Below, piece by piece: positions 50,808-61,025 of a DNA stretch of 64,000 nucleotides (the first letter of the stretch is position 1; the number at the start of each line of letters is the position of its first letter). The notes below the pieces were generated by a model, which had not been told where the DNA came from, did no database searches, and saw only the letters and a program-made list of their open reading frames with translations. The translations under genes were made by a program, and so were the position numbers. Source of the stretch: a virus (taxonomy: Duplodnaviria > Caudoviricetes); IMG/VR virus record IMGVR_UViG_3300006143_000333, positions 1 through 64,000 of that record; one strand, given 5' to 3'.

Positions 50808-51578
50808 ATGTGTAATTTTAAGAGTGGAATTATTTTGAAGAACAAGGTGGTTTTAGCACCAGAAGGAAATGAAAGCCATTCAGATTTATTGAAAAATCTT
50901 GAAATTGAAGATACTCACATGAATGCATCTAAAACATTTGTAAGAGCAGAGTTAATTCCTAAAAATAATGATAAAACGACCAATGTAAAAGACTGGAGAT
51001 ATAAAGTCGATCAGGATATTGTGCCTGATTGGTATGAAAAAGACCCAGAGAGATACGAACAAGATTTTAGAAATGCAGTTGAAGAATATATGAATGAGTG
51101 GAGAAAACAGTTAAAATTCATTTGTGGGCATTATTGGACAAGTGCTCAGGATGGGAATCGTACATATTATTTTATGAATGGGATTCTTAAAAAGTCAGAC
51201 TTTGGTAAAACAAATAATTATGCAGAATCTTATGTGCGGAGAGATCTTATTAATAGTGAGTTGGCAGAGGATTTAAAGAAAGAATTTGGAGATAAACTTG
51301 TTCCGATTTCTCTTGATTTGACTTCTATGGATGGATTTAAAGATTATGGAAGTGTTGAAGGTGATATTTTAGCAATCCCAAATATTCAGTTGCTTATGAA
51401 GTTTGGTGAAAGTATTCCATTGATTGATAATTGGTATTGGCTTGCTAATCCTAATCAGACACCGAAGAGAAACGACGCCCGCTATGTTCTGTGCGTTAGC
51501 TCCGATGGCGATGTGTGCTACGGCGATTGCGGCTGGAGTGGCCGGGGCGTGCGTCCGTTTTTCATCCTTCAATCTTAA
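50808..51578 (+). CDS. DGR target protein with C-terminal variable (C-type lectin-like, DUF6273-like) domain
   Basis: WYWLANP...VR...GVRPFF C-terminus. Confidence 0.9.
   Translation: MCNFKSGIILKNKVVLAPEGNESHSDLLKNLEIEDTHMNASKTFVRAELIPKNNDKTTNVKDWRYKVDQDIVPDWYEKDPERYEQDFRNAVEEYMNEWRKQLKFICGHYWTSAQDGNRTYYFMNGILKKSDFGKTNNYAESYVRRDLINSELAEDLKKEFGDKLVPISLDLTSMDGFKDYGSVEGDILAIPNIQLLMKFGESIPLIDNWYWLANPNQTPKRNDARYVLCVSSDGDVCYGDCGWSGRGVRPFFILQS
51477..51559 (+). repeat. DGR variable repeat VR1
   Basis: 83-nt ungapped alignment to TR; 18 mismatches, all at TR adenines. Confidence 0.97.
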
Positions 51579-51620
51579 ATCTTTGAATTTTGCAAAAAAC
51601 CATCGGGTAGCCAGTAATCA

Positions 51621-51638
51621 GGAATGCGTCAGCATTCC
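51621..51638 (+). other. DGR target-recognition-like hairpin
   Basis: GGAATGC-GTCA-GCATTCC downstream of VR1/IMH, nested in CATCGG/CCGATG. Confidence 0.65.
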
Positions 51639-51679
51639 GTAGGTAGCCGATGAGCGACTGAAAGGAGCGGGGAAAACCA

Positions 51680-52048
51680 GTGAGCGAAGCGAAACTGGAT
51701 GTTATTGTAAAAGCAATAAATCTTATGGAATATACTATGACAATTACATCAAACCGAAAGAGGTATCCAGTTAAGCATTTAACATTGGTAAAACGCATCC
51801 AAAATCGCTGTATGGATATATATGAATATTTGCTTGATGCAAATAGGCTGAAATTGGATACTTCAAAATCGGAACGCCAAGAATTACAAACAAAAGCATT
51901 TTCATGTTGTGATAAGTTGTCTTGTTATGTGGAACTTTCTATGAAATTGAAATTAATTGGAAGTGATACAGTAGGATATTGGCAGAAACAAATAAATGAT
52001 GTGAAATATATGAGTATTGCATGGCGTTCAAAAGATAAAGAGAGATAA
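51680..52048 (+). CDS. avd: Avd accessory variability determinant (four-helix bundle)
   Basis: 122-aa basic helical protein, YPVK..LVKRIQ..AN...W pattern, between VR and TR. Confidence 0.85.
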   Translation: MSEAKLDVIVKAINLMEYTMTITSNRKRYPVKHLTLVKRIQNRCMDIYEYLLDANRLKLDTSKSERQELQTKAFSCCDKLSCYVELSMKLKLIGSDTVGYWQKQINDVKYMSIAWRSKDKER

Positions 52049-52069
52049 TTTTAGGTTGTTTGTTGTATG

Positions 52070-52152
52070 ACCCACTATGTTCAGTACGTTAACTCCAATG
52101 GCAATGTGAACTACAACGATTGCAACTGGAATGACAAAGGCGTGCGTCCGTT
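52070..52152 (+). repeat. DGR template repeat TR
   Basis: AAC/AAT-rich template with 25 adenines; diverges from VR after GTGCGTCCGTT (IMH*). Confidence 0.97.
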
Positions 52153-52271
52153 CTGGATCGGAAGACGAATGAAAGTAAGAGAAACACTGAAATTAGAGTC
52201 CCGATATCAAAAGAATAAACAACCTTTCCTGATTCAAAAATGTCAGGATAAATACAAAGGAACAAAATACT

Positions 52272-53315
52272 ATGATAGAAGATAAAACAGATTTTGAAAA
52301 AGTAGTAGATTTCGGTAATTTATATCAAGCATATTTAAAATCTAAATCAGGTAAAGGTTTTTCAAAAAGCAGTCAAAAATTCCAAGTATTAGCTCTTGAT
52401 GGAATTCATCAAATAAAGAGAAGATTAGAAACTAAAACATATCAAGTATCAAAATACAATGAATTTATAATATATGAACCGAAAGAGAGAGTCATTAAAG
52501 CATGTTCGTTTGTAGATAAAATTGTACAGCATAGTTTGTGTGATAATGTACTGATTCCAAGATTGAATAAAGAGTTTATTCAAACAAATTATGCTGGACA
52601 GATTGGCAAAGGTACATTGTATGGATTGGATTGCTTAAAAGCTCAGATGTATCTTGCATATCAGAAGTATGGATATGATTGTTGGATTATAAAAGCTGAT
52701 GTTAGCAAGTTCTTTTACAATATCAATCACGATATTTTGAAGGATATTTTGAAATATTTTATAGAAAATAAAGAAGTGTATTGGCTGTGTGAGAAGTTTA
52801 TTGATAGTACTGAGGGAGTAGGACTTCCATTAGGTAATCAGGTTAGTCAAGTATTTGCACTTTTATATTTATCAGTGTTAGATCACTTTATCACAGGAGA
52901 ACTTGGAGTTAAATATTATGGTAGATATATGGATGATTTTTATTTGATAGTACAAAATAAAGAATATGCGAAATGGTGTTTAGCAGCTATTTATGAGTTT
53001 GTGTATTCATTAGGTCTTGAATTAAACAGTAAGACTCAGGTCATTCCTTTTAAAAATGGAATCAAATTTTGTGGTTTTCATACATATGTGACTTCAGATG
53101 GTAAAGTAATCCGAAAGCTGAAGAACGAAAATAAACGTGCCGCTAAAAAGAAATTTAAGAAAATGGTTGGATTAGTGAGGTGTGGAAAACTTAGCAAAGA
53201 GAAATTTTATGAGAGTTACAATGCTTGGAAAAATCATATATCACATGGCAATTGTGTGAAATTGGGATATGAGATGGATAGATATATAGAAAAATTATTT
53301 ATAGGAGAAAAATGA
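52272..53315 (+). CDS. DGR reverse transcriptase
   Basis: EPKER, KADVSKFF, GLPLGNQVSQ (DGR-type SQ), RYMDDF. Confidence 0.95.
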   Translation: MIEDKTDFEKVVDFGNLYQAYLKSKSGKGFSKSSQKFQVLALDGIHQIKRRLETKTYQVSKYNEFIIYEPKERVIKACSFVDKIVQHSLCDNVLIPRLNKEFIQTNYAGQIGKGTLYGLDCLKAQMYLAYQKYGYDCWIIKADVSKFFYNINHDILKDILKYFIENKEVYWLCEKFIDSTEGVGLPLGNQVSQVFALLYLSVLDHFITGELGVKYYGRYMDDFYLIVQNKEYAKWCLAAIYEFVYSLGLELNSKTQVIPFKNGIKFCGFHTYVTSDGKVIRKLKNENKRAAKKKFKKMVGLVRCGKLSKEKFYESYNAWKNHISHGNCVKLGYEMDRYIEKLFIGEK

Positions 53316-53910
53316 TGGAATATATTTTGTTTTCATTTATATTGGCTGGAACACCTGCTTTATATACTGGATATTGTAATAAATTGAGAGACTTAATTCG
53401 ATTAATTTTCATCATAACATTTATCGTAATCTATTATATTAATAAATGGGAAACCGCAGATATTAATGTGGGATTATTCGTTTGTTGGTGTGCAGTATGG
53501 ACGATATTTTGGGATAATTTATATAAGAAACTTAAAAGGAAATGAAACACGAGTTTTAAGGAGGAAAATTATGAAATCAGTAGAAGAAAGAATTACAAAT
53601 AAGATTGAAGAAAGTGAAGATGGAGTGTTGATGAAGTTCCTTGGAGCTAAAAATGTTGAAAGACTGAAAAAGGAAGTTACAGATGCAATTATTCAACAGG
53701 TAATCAAAGATTTACATGATAGTTGTGATTATATAATTAGCCCAGACGATATAGTGCAAGACATTATTGATGATATTATAGATTCTGCTAATAAGAATAT
53801 TAGACCGAAAGTAGAAAAGCTGTTGTATAAGAAAGCTATGGAAAAATTAGGATTAGAGGAATAGTTTTAAAATTTCCGTTTTAAGGCTATTTTAGAGAAA
53901 GGATAATAAT

Positions 53911-54714
53911 ATGAAAAATTACATAGAAGAATTAAAACAGGATGATCCTAACGCAATGATGACCCCACAACAGTATTTTGATTCTATGAAGGAAAAGAAA
54001 AACACCGTATCTTCTGAAGATTTAAAGAAGATTTATGATAATTGCTTGGAACTTGCGAATAAATATAGGATTACTGGTCAAGTGCGTGGGCTGAGAAAAA
54101 TATTGTTCTGTATGGAGTCTATAGAAAAAGAACAAAAACTTGTAGATATGGGCATTACAACTTTTATCTATAAAGATGATATTGATTTCTATATTGATAG
54201 CGTCGTTAAGAGTAGAAAAAGAGATGAGAAGCCGATTAAAATTATTGAATTAGAGCGATATGAAAGAGAAATTCCTGATGAGATTGTAGAGGTAATTGAC
54301 AAAACTAAGGAATTATTTGACCAAATGTATATTGTATATACTGATTATACTGGCAAAGAAGAGCGTAAAATTGAAGCAGAACGAAAACAAAAAGATCCTA
54401 TTCTTTTTGGAACCTTTCAAAATAAAAAAAAGAAAGTGTGTATTGACAGATTCTATTATCTTGGTGATTGGATTGACGAATTTTGTGATTTGACACTTGA
54501 CAAAATGATAAATGAAACTGAAAAGTTGGGCAGAAATATTGTTAGGACAATAACAACTCCGAAAGATGTAGAAGGATTAAGAAAATATATTGATGCTCAT
54601 TATGAAGTAGAAAAGGATAGTATTTCAAAGATTATTAGAAAAGCAGATGCAGATTTTACGCCAAAGATTAGTTTGTTTTCAAAGGTTAAAACTGTGTTCA
54701 GTAGAAAGAAGTAG
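53911..54714 (+). CDS. Hypothetical phage protein
   Basis: 267-aa ORF; DPILFG..FYYLGDW. Confidence 0.65.
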   Translation: MKNYIEELKQDDPNAMMTPQQYFDSMKEKKNTVSSEDLKKIYDNCLELANKYRITGQVRGLRKILFCMESIEKEQKLVDMGITTFIYKDDIDFYIDSVVKSRKRDEKPIKIIELERYEREIPDEIVEVIDKTKELFDQMYIVYTDYTGKEERKIEAERKQKDPILFGTFQNKKKKVCIDRFYYLGDWIDEFCDLTLDKMINETEKLGRNIVRTITTPKDVEGLRKYIDAHYEVEKDSISKIIRKADADFTPKISLFSKVKTVFSRKK

Positions 54715-55536
54715 ATATGATACAAGACTTAACCGCAAATAGAGATTTTCAAAACGATAGAGATTTGAGTATTTTATCAAATTTAATAAGACAGAGTTCA
54801 ACTCAGGATGATTTAACATCTCTATATGATGAAGTCGTATTAACAGGAACAACTTTTGATCGTGACCATAAACGTTATATTTTGGACTATGAAAGCGAAC
54901 AAAAGAATATGTGTGATTGCTGTGGTTCTCCAATTAGAATTCGACCTTGGGATTTTGAAGAAAACAAAACGCTATGTCCTGCGTGTGAAAAATGGTTAGA
55001 AGAATCACAAAACAGGAAATATGATGGAGAACTGCTTGAAGAAATAATAGATGATTCGTGGTCTATAAGAATTGTAAAGCCCTGGGATATAAATGATTTT
55101 GAAAGAGAAAATGCAGTTGATAATGTATTATTGTGGGACTAGATAAAACGAAGGTTTCAAGTAAAAATGAGGTGGTAATTTGGAAAATATTTTAAGTAAA
55201 AATAATGACGGATCAATAGATGTCATGGACAGATATGGATTTACGGAATATACAGTTGCCAAGAATGAAAATGGTATAGTAGCTAGATTGGCAAATCAGT
55301 TATATGAATATGAGAATTTCTTTACAGAAAGGCTTAAAGATGTATTGATGAATTACTTTGATGTTCCATCTGACACATATGCGTATAATCTAACAAGACA
55401 TAAAACTGCTTTTTCTGAAGTAACCATATCTCTTGATGATTTTGAAGAATTTGATGAAGAAATCATTGATGATATTGTGAAGTATATCAAAGACAATATT
55501 TAGCCAATAGAAGAAACATTTTAACTGGATGGAGGT

Positions 55537-55905
55537 GTGTTCGTGTATCAGAATTGTTGTAAAAAATGTGGAAGTATCTCATTACATACAGAAGTAAAAG
55601 GTAATAACACTGGTTTATATTGTGATGATTGTGGAGCCTGGGTGAAGTGGTTAGGTAAGGATGAACTTAGAGCGTTTGAACATAGTCAGATAGAGAGTAA
55701 CAAGTTATCTAATAAAAACATAACTGCCAGACTAAAAGAGTTTGTTGAATTTCTTGAAAAGAAAATTGATTCTGAATATGATAATTTACCAAATTCAAAA
55801 GATGATGCAATTAGAAAGAATGTTTGCTGTGCAATTATGGAACGAGATAAAAATGCAATCATCAACATTATAAACGGGCATGATTTTAATTATATAGAAG
55901 AATAA
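55537..55905 (+). CDS. Zinc-ribbon protein
   Basis: CKKC...CDDC. Confidence 0.6.
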   Translation: MFVYQNCCKKCGSISLHTEVKGNNTGLYCDDCGAWVKWLGKDELRAFEHSQIESNKLSNKNITARLKEFVEFLEKKIDSEYDNLPNSKDDAIRKNVCCAIMERDKNAIINIINGHDFNYIEE

Positions 55906-55906
55906 A

Positions 55907-56011
55907 ATAAGCACTCTGATAACTTTGGCGAGCGAGCAGAGTGCTTATCAATACAAAACGGAAATCCGCTTTGATAAGTCTTAGTATATCAATTATTCAT
56001 GACCTATTCAA
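55907..56011 (-). ncRNA. Putative antisense RNA element E
   Basis: Minus-strand TTGAAT-17-TATACT; 12-bp hairpin 55907-55948 with TTTGGCG loop. Confidence 0.6.
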
Positions 56012-56252
56012 GTCGGTAATTCCACAAATTAAAAATTGAATACAGGTGGTGATATTTATATAGAAACTTTTTATCATGGAACATCTGATACTTTAGATGT
56101 GAACAAAATAATTAGCTGATAAAGCAGTAGTAATAGGACAAATTTAGTCTTGAAATAAATCTTTCATAGAAAAAGAAATAGTAAATATAAGACGAAAGGA
56201 GTAAGAGGTTTGCTGTCCAGCATTAAAGACTGTCTTTACTCTAAAAGGTATA

Positions 56253-57107
56253 TTGGAAACAAATAAAATTTATTGTGGTAATTGTATTGATATTCTTAAA
56301 TCTTTCCCTAATAAAAGCGTGAATTGTTGCATAACAAGCCCACCTTACTATGGATTAAGAGATTATGGCGTAAGCGGACAAATCGGAAACGAAGATACAC
56401 TAGAACAATACATAGAAAATTTGGTAAATGTATTTGAACAAGTAAAAAGGATTTTAAAGGACGATGGAGTTCTTTGGTTAAATCTTGGTGATAGTTGGCT
56501 TGGAACTGGTGGAGAGGGAAGATATAAAAGAAATCAAAATATGAAGGCATCAGGAATAAAATGCAAAGACTTAATAGGTATTCCGTGGATGGCAGCATTT
56601 GCATTGAGAGAGGCTGGTTGGTATCTTCGTCAAGATATAATTTGGGCAAAAGGAAATCCAATGCCTGAAAGTGTTAAAGATAGATGTACAAAATCTCATG
56701 AATACATATTTTTGCTTTCCAAATCAAGAAAATATTATTTTGATTATGAGTCTATAAAAGAACCAGCAAAATATCCTAATGATAATCGTGGAAGCAGAAA
56801 TGATAGTCGTAGAGGAACAAAAATGAATAGCATAAGTGGTGTCACAGGGGAAAAGCGCAATAAGCGTGATGTATGGAATGTAAATACAAAACCATGTAGA
56901 GAAGCACATTTTGCAACATTTCCAGATACACTGATTGAACCATGTGTATTAGCTGGTTGTCCTGAAGGTGGCATTATCTTAGACCCATTTATGGGAGCAG
57001 GAACAACGGGAATGGTCGCAAAAAGACATAATAGGAATTATGTTGGAATTGAATTAAATCCAGATTATGTTCAGATTGCAGAAAATAGAATAGAAAAGAA
57101 GTCTTAA
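56253..57107 (+). CDS. Orphan N4-cytosine/N6-adenine DNA methyltransferase (beta class)
   Basis: TSPPY, HFATFP, LDPFMGAGTT; bracketed by sites 56151 and 57105. Confidence 0.9.
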   Translation: METNKIYCGNCIDILKSFPNKSVNCCITSPPYYGLRDYGVSGQIGNEDTLEQYIENLVNVFEQVKRILKDDGVLWLNLGDSWLGTGGEGRYKRNQNMKASGIKCKDLIGIPWMAAFALREAGWYLRQDIIWAKGNPMPESVKDRCTKSHEYIFLLSKSRKYYFDYESIKEPAKYPNDNRGSRNDSRRGTKMNSISGVTGEKRNKRDVWNVNTKPCREAHFATFPDTLIEPCVLAGCPEGGIILDPFMGAGTTGMVAKRHNRNYVGIELNPDYVQIAENRIEKKS

Positions 57108-57131
57108 AACCCACGTTTCAAAGGAGATAAG

Positions 57132-57920
57132 ATGAAATATTTTAATGTTCCACAATGTTATAAAGAGAAAATAGTAGTTATTATAGACGGTGCTTTTAAA
57201 GGAGTTATTGGTGTATTAACATCATTAGAAATGAGTTATTTAAGAGAAACAACTTGTAAAATTAATATAGACTACAGAAATACAATCACTGTCAATTATA
57301 ATCAAATTATTTCTTTGGATATATCTGTATTTGAAGATTGTGACATTGATATATCTAATGAAGATGGTACTTTTAAAAATGTATTTGAAATTATAAAATA
57401 TGGAGAAAAAAATATTATGCCAACAAAATCATTTGATTTAGAACTTATGGGAATTAAGAATCTTCATTTCTATATTGCCAAACCAGAAATAGTAGATGTA
57501 AATATCGTTGTGCCAGGCAAGGTTGTAGAAGTAGTTTTTGCAGATGGGACAAAAGAGAAATCTGTATGTAGAGAACCTGATACATTTAGTTTAGAATCCG
57601 CAATTTCAATTTGCATTTCTAAGAAAATTATGGGTGGATCTTCTGCTTATAATAATGCAGTTAAGCATGGTATGAAGGTTTATGAGGACAAGCAGAAGAA
57701 AGAACTTGCTAAAAAAGAAGAACAGGAACGCATTGAGAAGAAACGTACTAAGAGACTTGCTTATAAGGAGCGTAGAGCTGCTAAGAGGGCTGAGGAAGAG
57801 AAACGGAGAAAGGCTAGAGAACGTGAAGAGCAGATTGCGATTCAGACGGAGGCATATCTGAGAGTGATGAAAGAAATAGGTAGTATTCAGTACAATCCAG
57901 CAAAAGAAGTGTTTAGTTAA
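57132..57920 (+). CDS. Hypothetical phage protein
   Basis: 262-aa ORF with charged C-terminal helix. Confidence 0.6.
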   Translation: MKYFNVPQCYKEKIVVIIDGAFKGVIGVLTSLEMSYLRETTCKINIDYRNTITVNYNQIISLDISVFEDCDIDISNEDGTFKNVFEIIKYGEKNIMPTKSFDLELMGIKNLHFYIAKPEIVDVNIVVPGKVVEVVFADGTKEKSVCREPDTFSLESAISICISKKIMGGSSAYNNAVKHGMKVYEDKQKKELAKKEEQERIEKKRTKRLAYKERRAAKRAEEEKRRKAREREEQIAIQTEAYLRVMKEIGSIQYNPAKEVFS

Positions 57921-59996
57921 TTTATTTTATCACTGTCTCTCGTCAATATTATTTATATTTGGCGAGAGATTTTATGAAGGGAAGGAATATATATTTTTAT
58001 GACTAACGAAGAAATAATTAGAAAGAGAGTAGCAAGGGAAATATTATCCATGATTGAGACTATTTGTTTCAGCGAAGAATTTAAAGATTTTAGAATCGGA
58101 CAAGGAAGTAATGGGACAAGGGATTTAATTATTGAACGCATAAAGAATACATATGACATTGGATGAAATCTGCGATTTATTGGGAGGTTAATGGATTTGA
58201 AGGAATGTAGATTCTGTAAAGATAGAACAAGATGTGAATATGCTATGAATGATTATCCTGGCTCTGGCGATCTTTGGAAAGCAAAGAAATATTGTGAAAA
58301 AATTCAGAGACAAGAAGTAGAAACTATTAGCGAAAATGACAATAAAGTATTTAAAGAAAAAGTAGAAAAATTTCTTTCACAAGGATATAAAATCTCTTCT
58401 ACCAATTGTGGTTATGCTGGAGAAGTTGGTGGAAATGTATACGATTGCGAATACTGGATGGCGATTTTGATTAAGGAGTGATTGAATATGAAAGACATAA
58501 ATATTATTATCAAAGACGCTTTTGGAAGAGAAATCAAAACTAACACAGATCAGATTGAGGAAGATGTTCTGCGAATGAGAATAGGATTGGAACCACAGGA
58601 ACAGGATGGTGACTAATGCGTAGAAGAATCACAGGCAATATTTATACTGGTCTTGGGAATCCATCGCCAGTAATTTTTGACAACGAATGGACAGATAATA
58701 AAAAATTTAATGATGCTGTAAAGTTGTTCTTTGAAGATATTCTAAATTTATTAAAAGACGAAACTATTAATAGTGTTGGTGGTTTTGATTTCAAAATAGA
58801 ATTAGAAAATAACAGTTTTAAAATCTTATTTGGTATTGAGCCATCATATATGTATGATTCATATATCTGCTATTGTTTTGATAGTGAAAAAGAGAATAGT
58901 TATATACATAAAGAACGGGCTTTTGGGTATTATGGTGCTGACATTAAAATTAAATCGAATAAAAGTTATAAGAGATGTGGTAAGGAATTTAGTGAATGTA
59001 TGGATAAGTATTATGAAAATTTGATGAGGTGTTTAAGTGAATAATGGAATATTTGCAAAGTATACAGGAATTCCAATAATAGTTGTTCCTGATAGTAAAA
59101 AGCAAAATAGAACACATAGGAAAAAGAGAATTAACAAGAAATGGGCTAAAAGATATGGATATACAACATATAATTCCATTGAAGATGAACAGATCATTAC
59201 AATGAATGGAAGCATGTATGTGAATCCGAGAACTTATTATAAGCTAAAATCTCTTGAATTATATACTTAGAAATTCATTCTGTGTGGGAGGTGAATAATG
59301 AATTCAAAATATGAAAATATGTCTTTAAAAGAAATTATTAGACAGATAGAAAAGAAGGATAAAAGAATTGCTAAGTTGGAGAAAAAAGTTTCTGATATGA
59401 ATGACACCATCAGAACAATCGGTAATCAGAATCGTAAACTGAAAAGAAATAATGAAAGATATCAGGAACGATTAACAGAAGTTTTATATAAAGGTGAGAT
59501 TAAGAATTGCTCAACATGTAAAAATAATGTTAAATTTCCTCCTCCTCATACTTGTGATATTTGTACCAGTTTAGACCAGGAAGAAGAATATGAGATGTGG
59601 GAGGAAAGGATTGAGATTAATTGATGCAGATAATTTAACAAAAGAAACAGAAAAATCTATGCATGACAATCCTCATAAAAATAGACAAATTTCTCAAAAT
59701 CATTTAACAGAACATATTCATTTTTTGTCATTAATTGGAAGACAATCAACAGTAACAGATGATAGAATTACGAAAGCATTGGAGCTTGTATGGAATTATG
59801 GTCAAATTGATGGAGATAATCATAAGACATGGATTATTGATCAAATTGTTAGAATTTTGTGTGGTAGTAATGAGGAATATAAAAAGTGGGTTGATAAATA
59901 TGAAGAACCTTTAGAAGATGGTGATTATTACAGTTGGAATCAAGGTATCAATTCTTAAATCTTGCATTTCATTGGCAAAAAAACGGAGGTTAGAGA

Positions 59997-61025
59997 ATGA
60001 ATATTGAACAAATTAAAGAAGTATTGAAAACAGGTGAATATGATTTCCTGAGAGAAGATAAAAATTTAGGTGATAATATCATTCTCTTGACACTCGGAGG
60101 AAGTCATGCTTATGGAACTAATAATGAGAATAGTGATCTGGATGTTCGTGGTTGTGCGTTAAATAGTAAAATGCAGATTCTCACAAATGAAAATTTTGAA
60201 CAATTTGTAAATGAAGCGACTGATACAACAATTTACTCATTCAATAAGTTGATTTCTCTGCTAAGTAATTGCAATCCTAACACCATTGAGCTACTTGGGA
60301 ATAAACCAGAACATTATTTATATGTATCAAACATTGGAAAAGAATTGATTAATAATTCTCATTTATTCTTATCCAAGCGAGCAGCGTATTCTTTTGGAGG
60401 ATATGCGACAGCACAATTAAGGCGGTTGGACAATAAAGCTGTTAGATTAGTTAATCAGAAACAGAGAGAAAGACATATTCTAAACAGTATTATGAACGCA
60501 TTTCATACTTTCCCAGAGAAGTATTTTCATTTTGAAGAAGATAATATCAGATTATATATTGATAAATCTGAACAAGAAGAGTATGATACAGAAATTTTTA
60601 TGGATGTAAATTTACATCATTATCCATTGAGAGATTATAAGTCAATGTGGTCTGAAATGAATAATGTTGTGAAGGATTATTCTAAGATTGGCAAGAGAAA
60701 TAAAAATGCCATTGAACATAATAAGCTGGGAAAGCACATGATGCACCTTATCAGGCTTTATATGATGTGTCTTGATATTCTTGAACATGAAAAGATTGTA
60801 ACATATAGAGAAAAAGAGCATGAACTTCTTATGGATATTCGTAATGGAAAGTTTCTTGATGTGGACAGACAACCAATTCCTGAATTTTATGAAATGGTTG
60901 ATGATTACGAGAAGAAGTTAGAGTATGCAAAGAATAATACGAGTCTTCCTGATAATCCAGATTATAAGCGGATCAATGAATTTGTAGCAAGTGTGAATGA
61001 GAGAGTGGTGAAAAATGAGATTTAG
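59997..61025 (+). CDS. Pol-beta superfamily nucleotidyltransferase (RlaP/YcgL-like)
   Basis: GGSHAYGT...SDLDVRG, NPNTIELL, KHMMHLIRL. Confidence 0.85.
   Translation: MNIEQIKEVLKTGEYDFLREDKNLGDNIILLTLGGSHAYGTNNENSDLDVRGCALNSKMQILTNENFEQFVNEATDTTIYSFNKLISLLSNCNPNTIELLGNKPEHYLYVSNIGKELINNSHLFLSKRAAYSFGGYATAQLRRLDNKAVRLVNQKQRERHILNSIMNAFHTFPEKYFHFEEDNIRLYIDKSEQEEYDTEIFMDVNLHHYPLRDYKSMWSEMNNVVKDYSKIGKRNKNAIEHNKLGKHMMHLIRLYMMCLDILEHEKIVTYREKEHELLMDIRNGKFLDVDRQPIPEFYEMVDDYEKKLEYAKNNTSLPDNPDYKRINEFVASVNERVVKNEI

Larger units (their letters stand above)
50808..53315 (+). mobile_element. Diversity-generating retroelement (target-VR, hairpin, avd, TR, RT)
   Basis: All canonical components present in order; TR/VR differences are adenine-specific. 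Confidence 0.97.
8137..59971. repeat. Dispersed palindromic gene-boundary site T(G/A)AA(A/T)-N6-(T/A)TT(C/T)A, about 40 copies
   Basis: 16-bp core starts at 8137, 8514, 9743, 10982, 13157, 13434, 14272, 14800, 15242, 15894, 17608, 19893, 20222, 20483, 25462, 27446, 28155, 29359, 30143, 31046, 32208, 32469, 34965, 35166, 35442, 36788, 37374, 37561, 44202, 45564, 49907, 50155, 50737, 53543, 53868, 55144, 55508, 56151, 57105, 58164, 59956 (some with 1-2 mismatches). Confidence 0.8.

Noticed and set aside
52067-52285. 72-aa ORF between avd and RT
   Set aside because: It is the open frame of the template repeat (AAC/AAT codons) and its RNA spacer, with no RBS
52272-53315. RT as group II intron maturase or retron
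   Set aside because: SQ motif, avd and an adenine-specific TR/VR pair identify a DGR
8137-59971. Boundary motif as CRISPR repeats or CcpA cre sites
   Set aside because: No regular repeat-spacer period or cas genes; cre is 14 bp with a conserved central CG, whereas this core is 16 bp with a free N6
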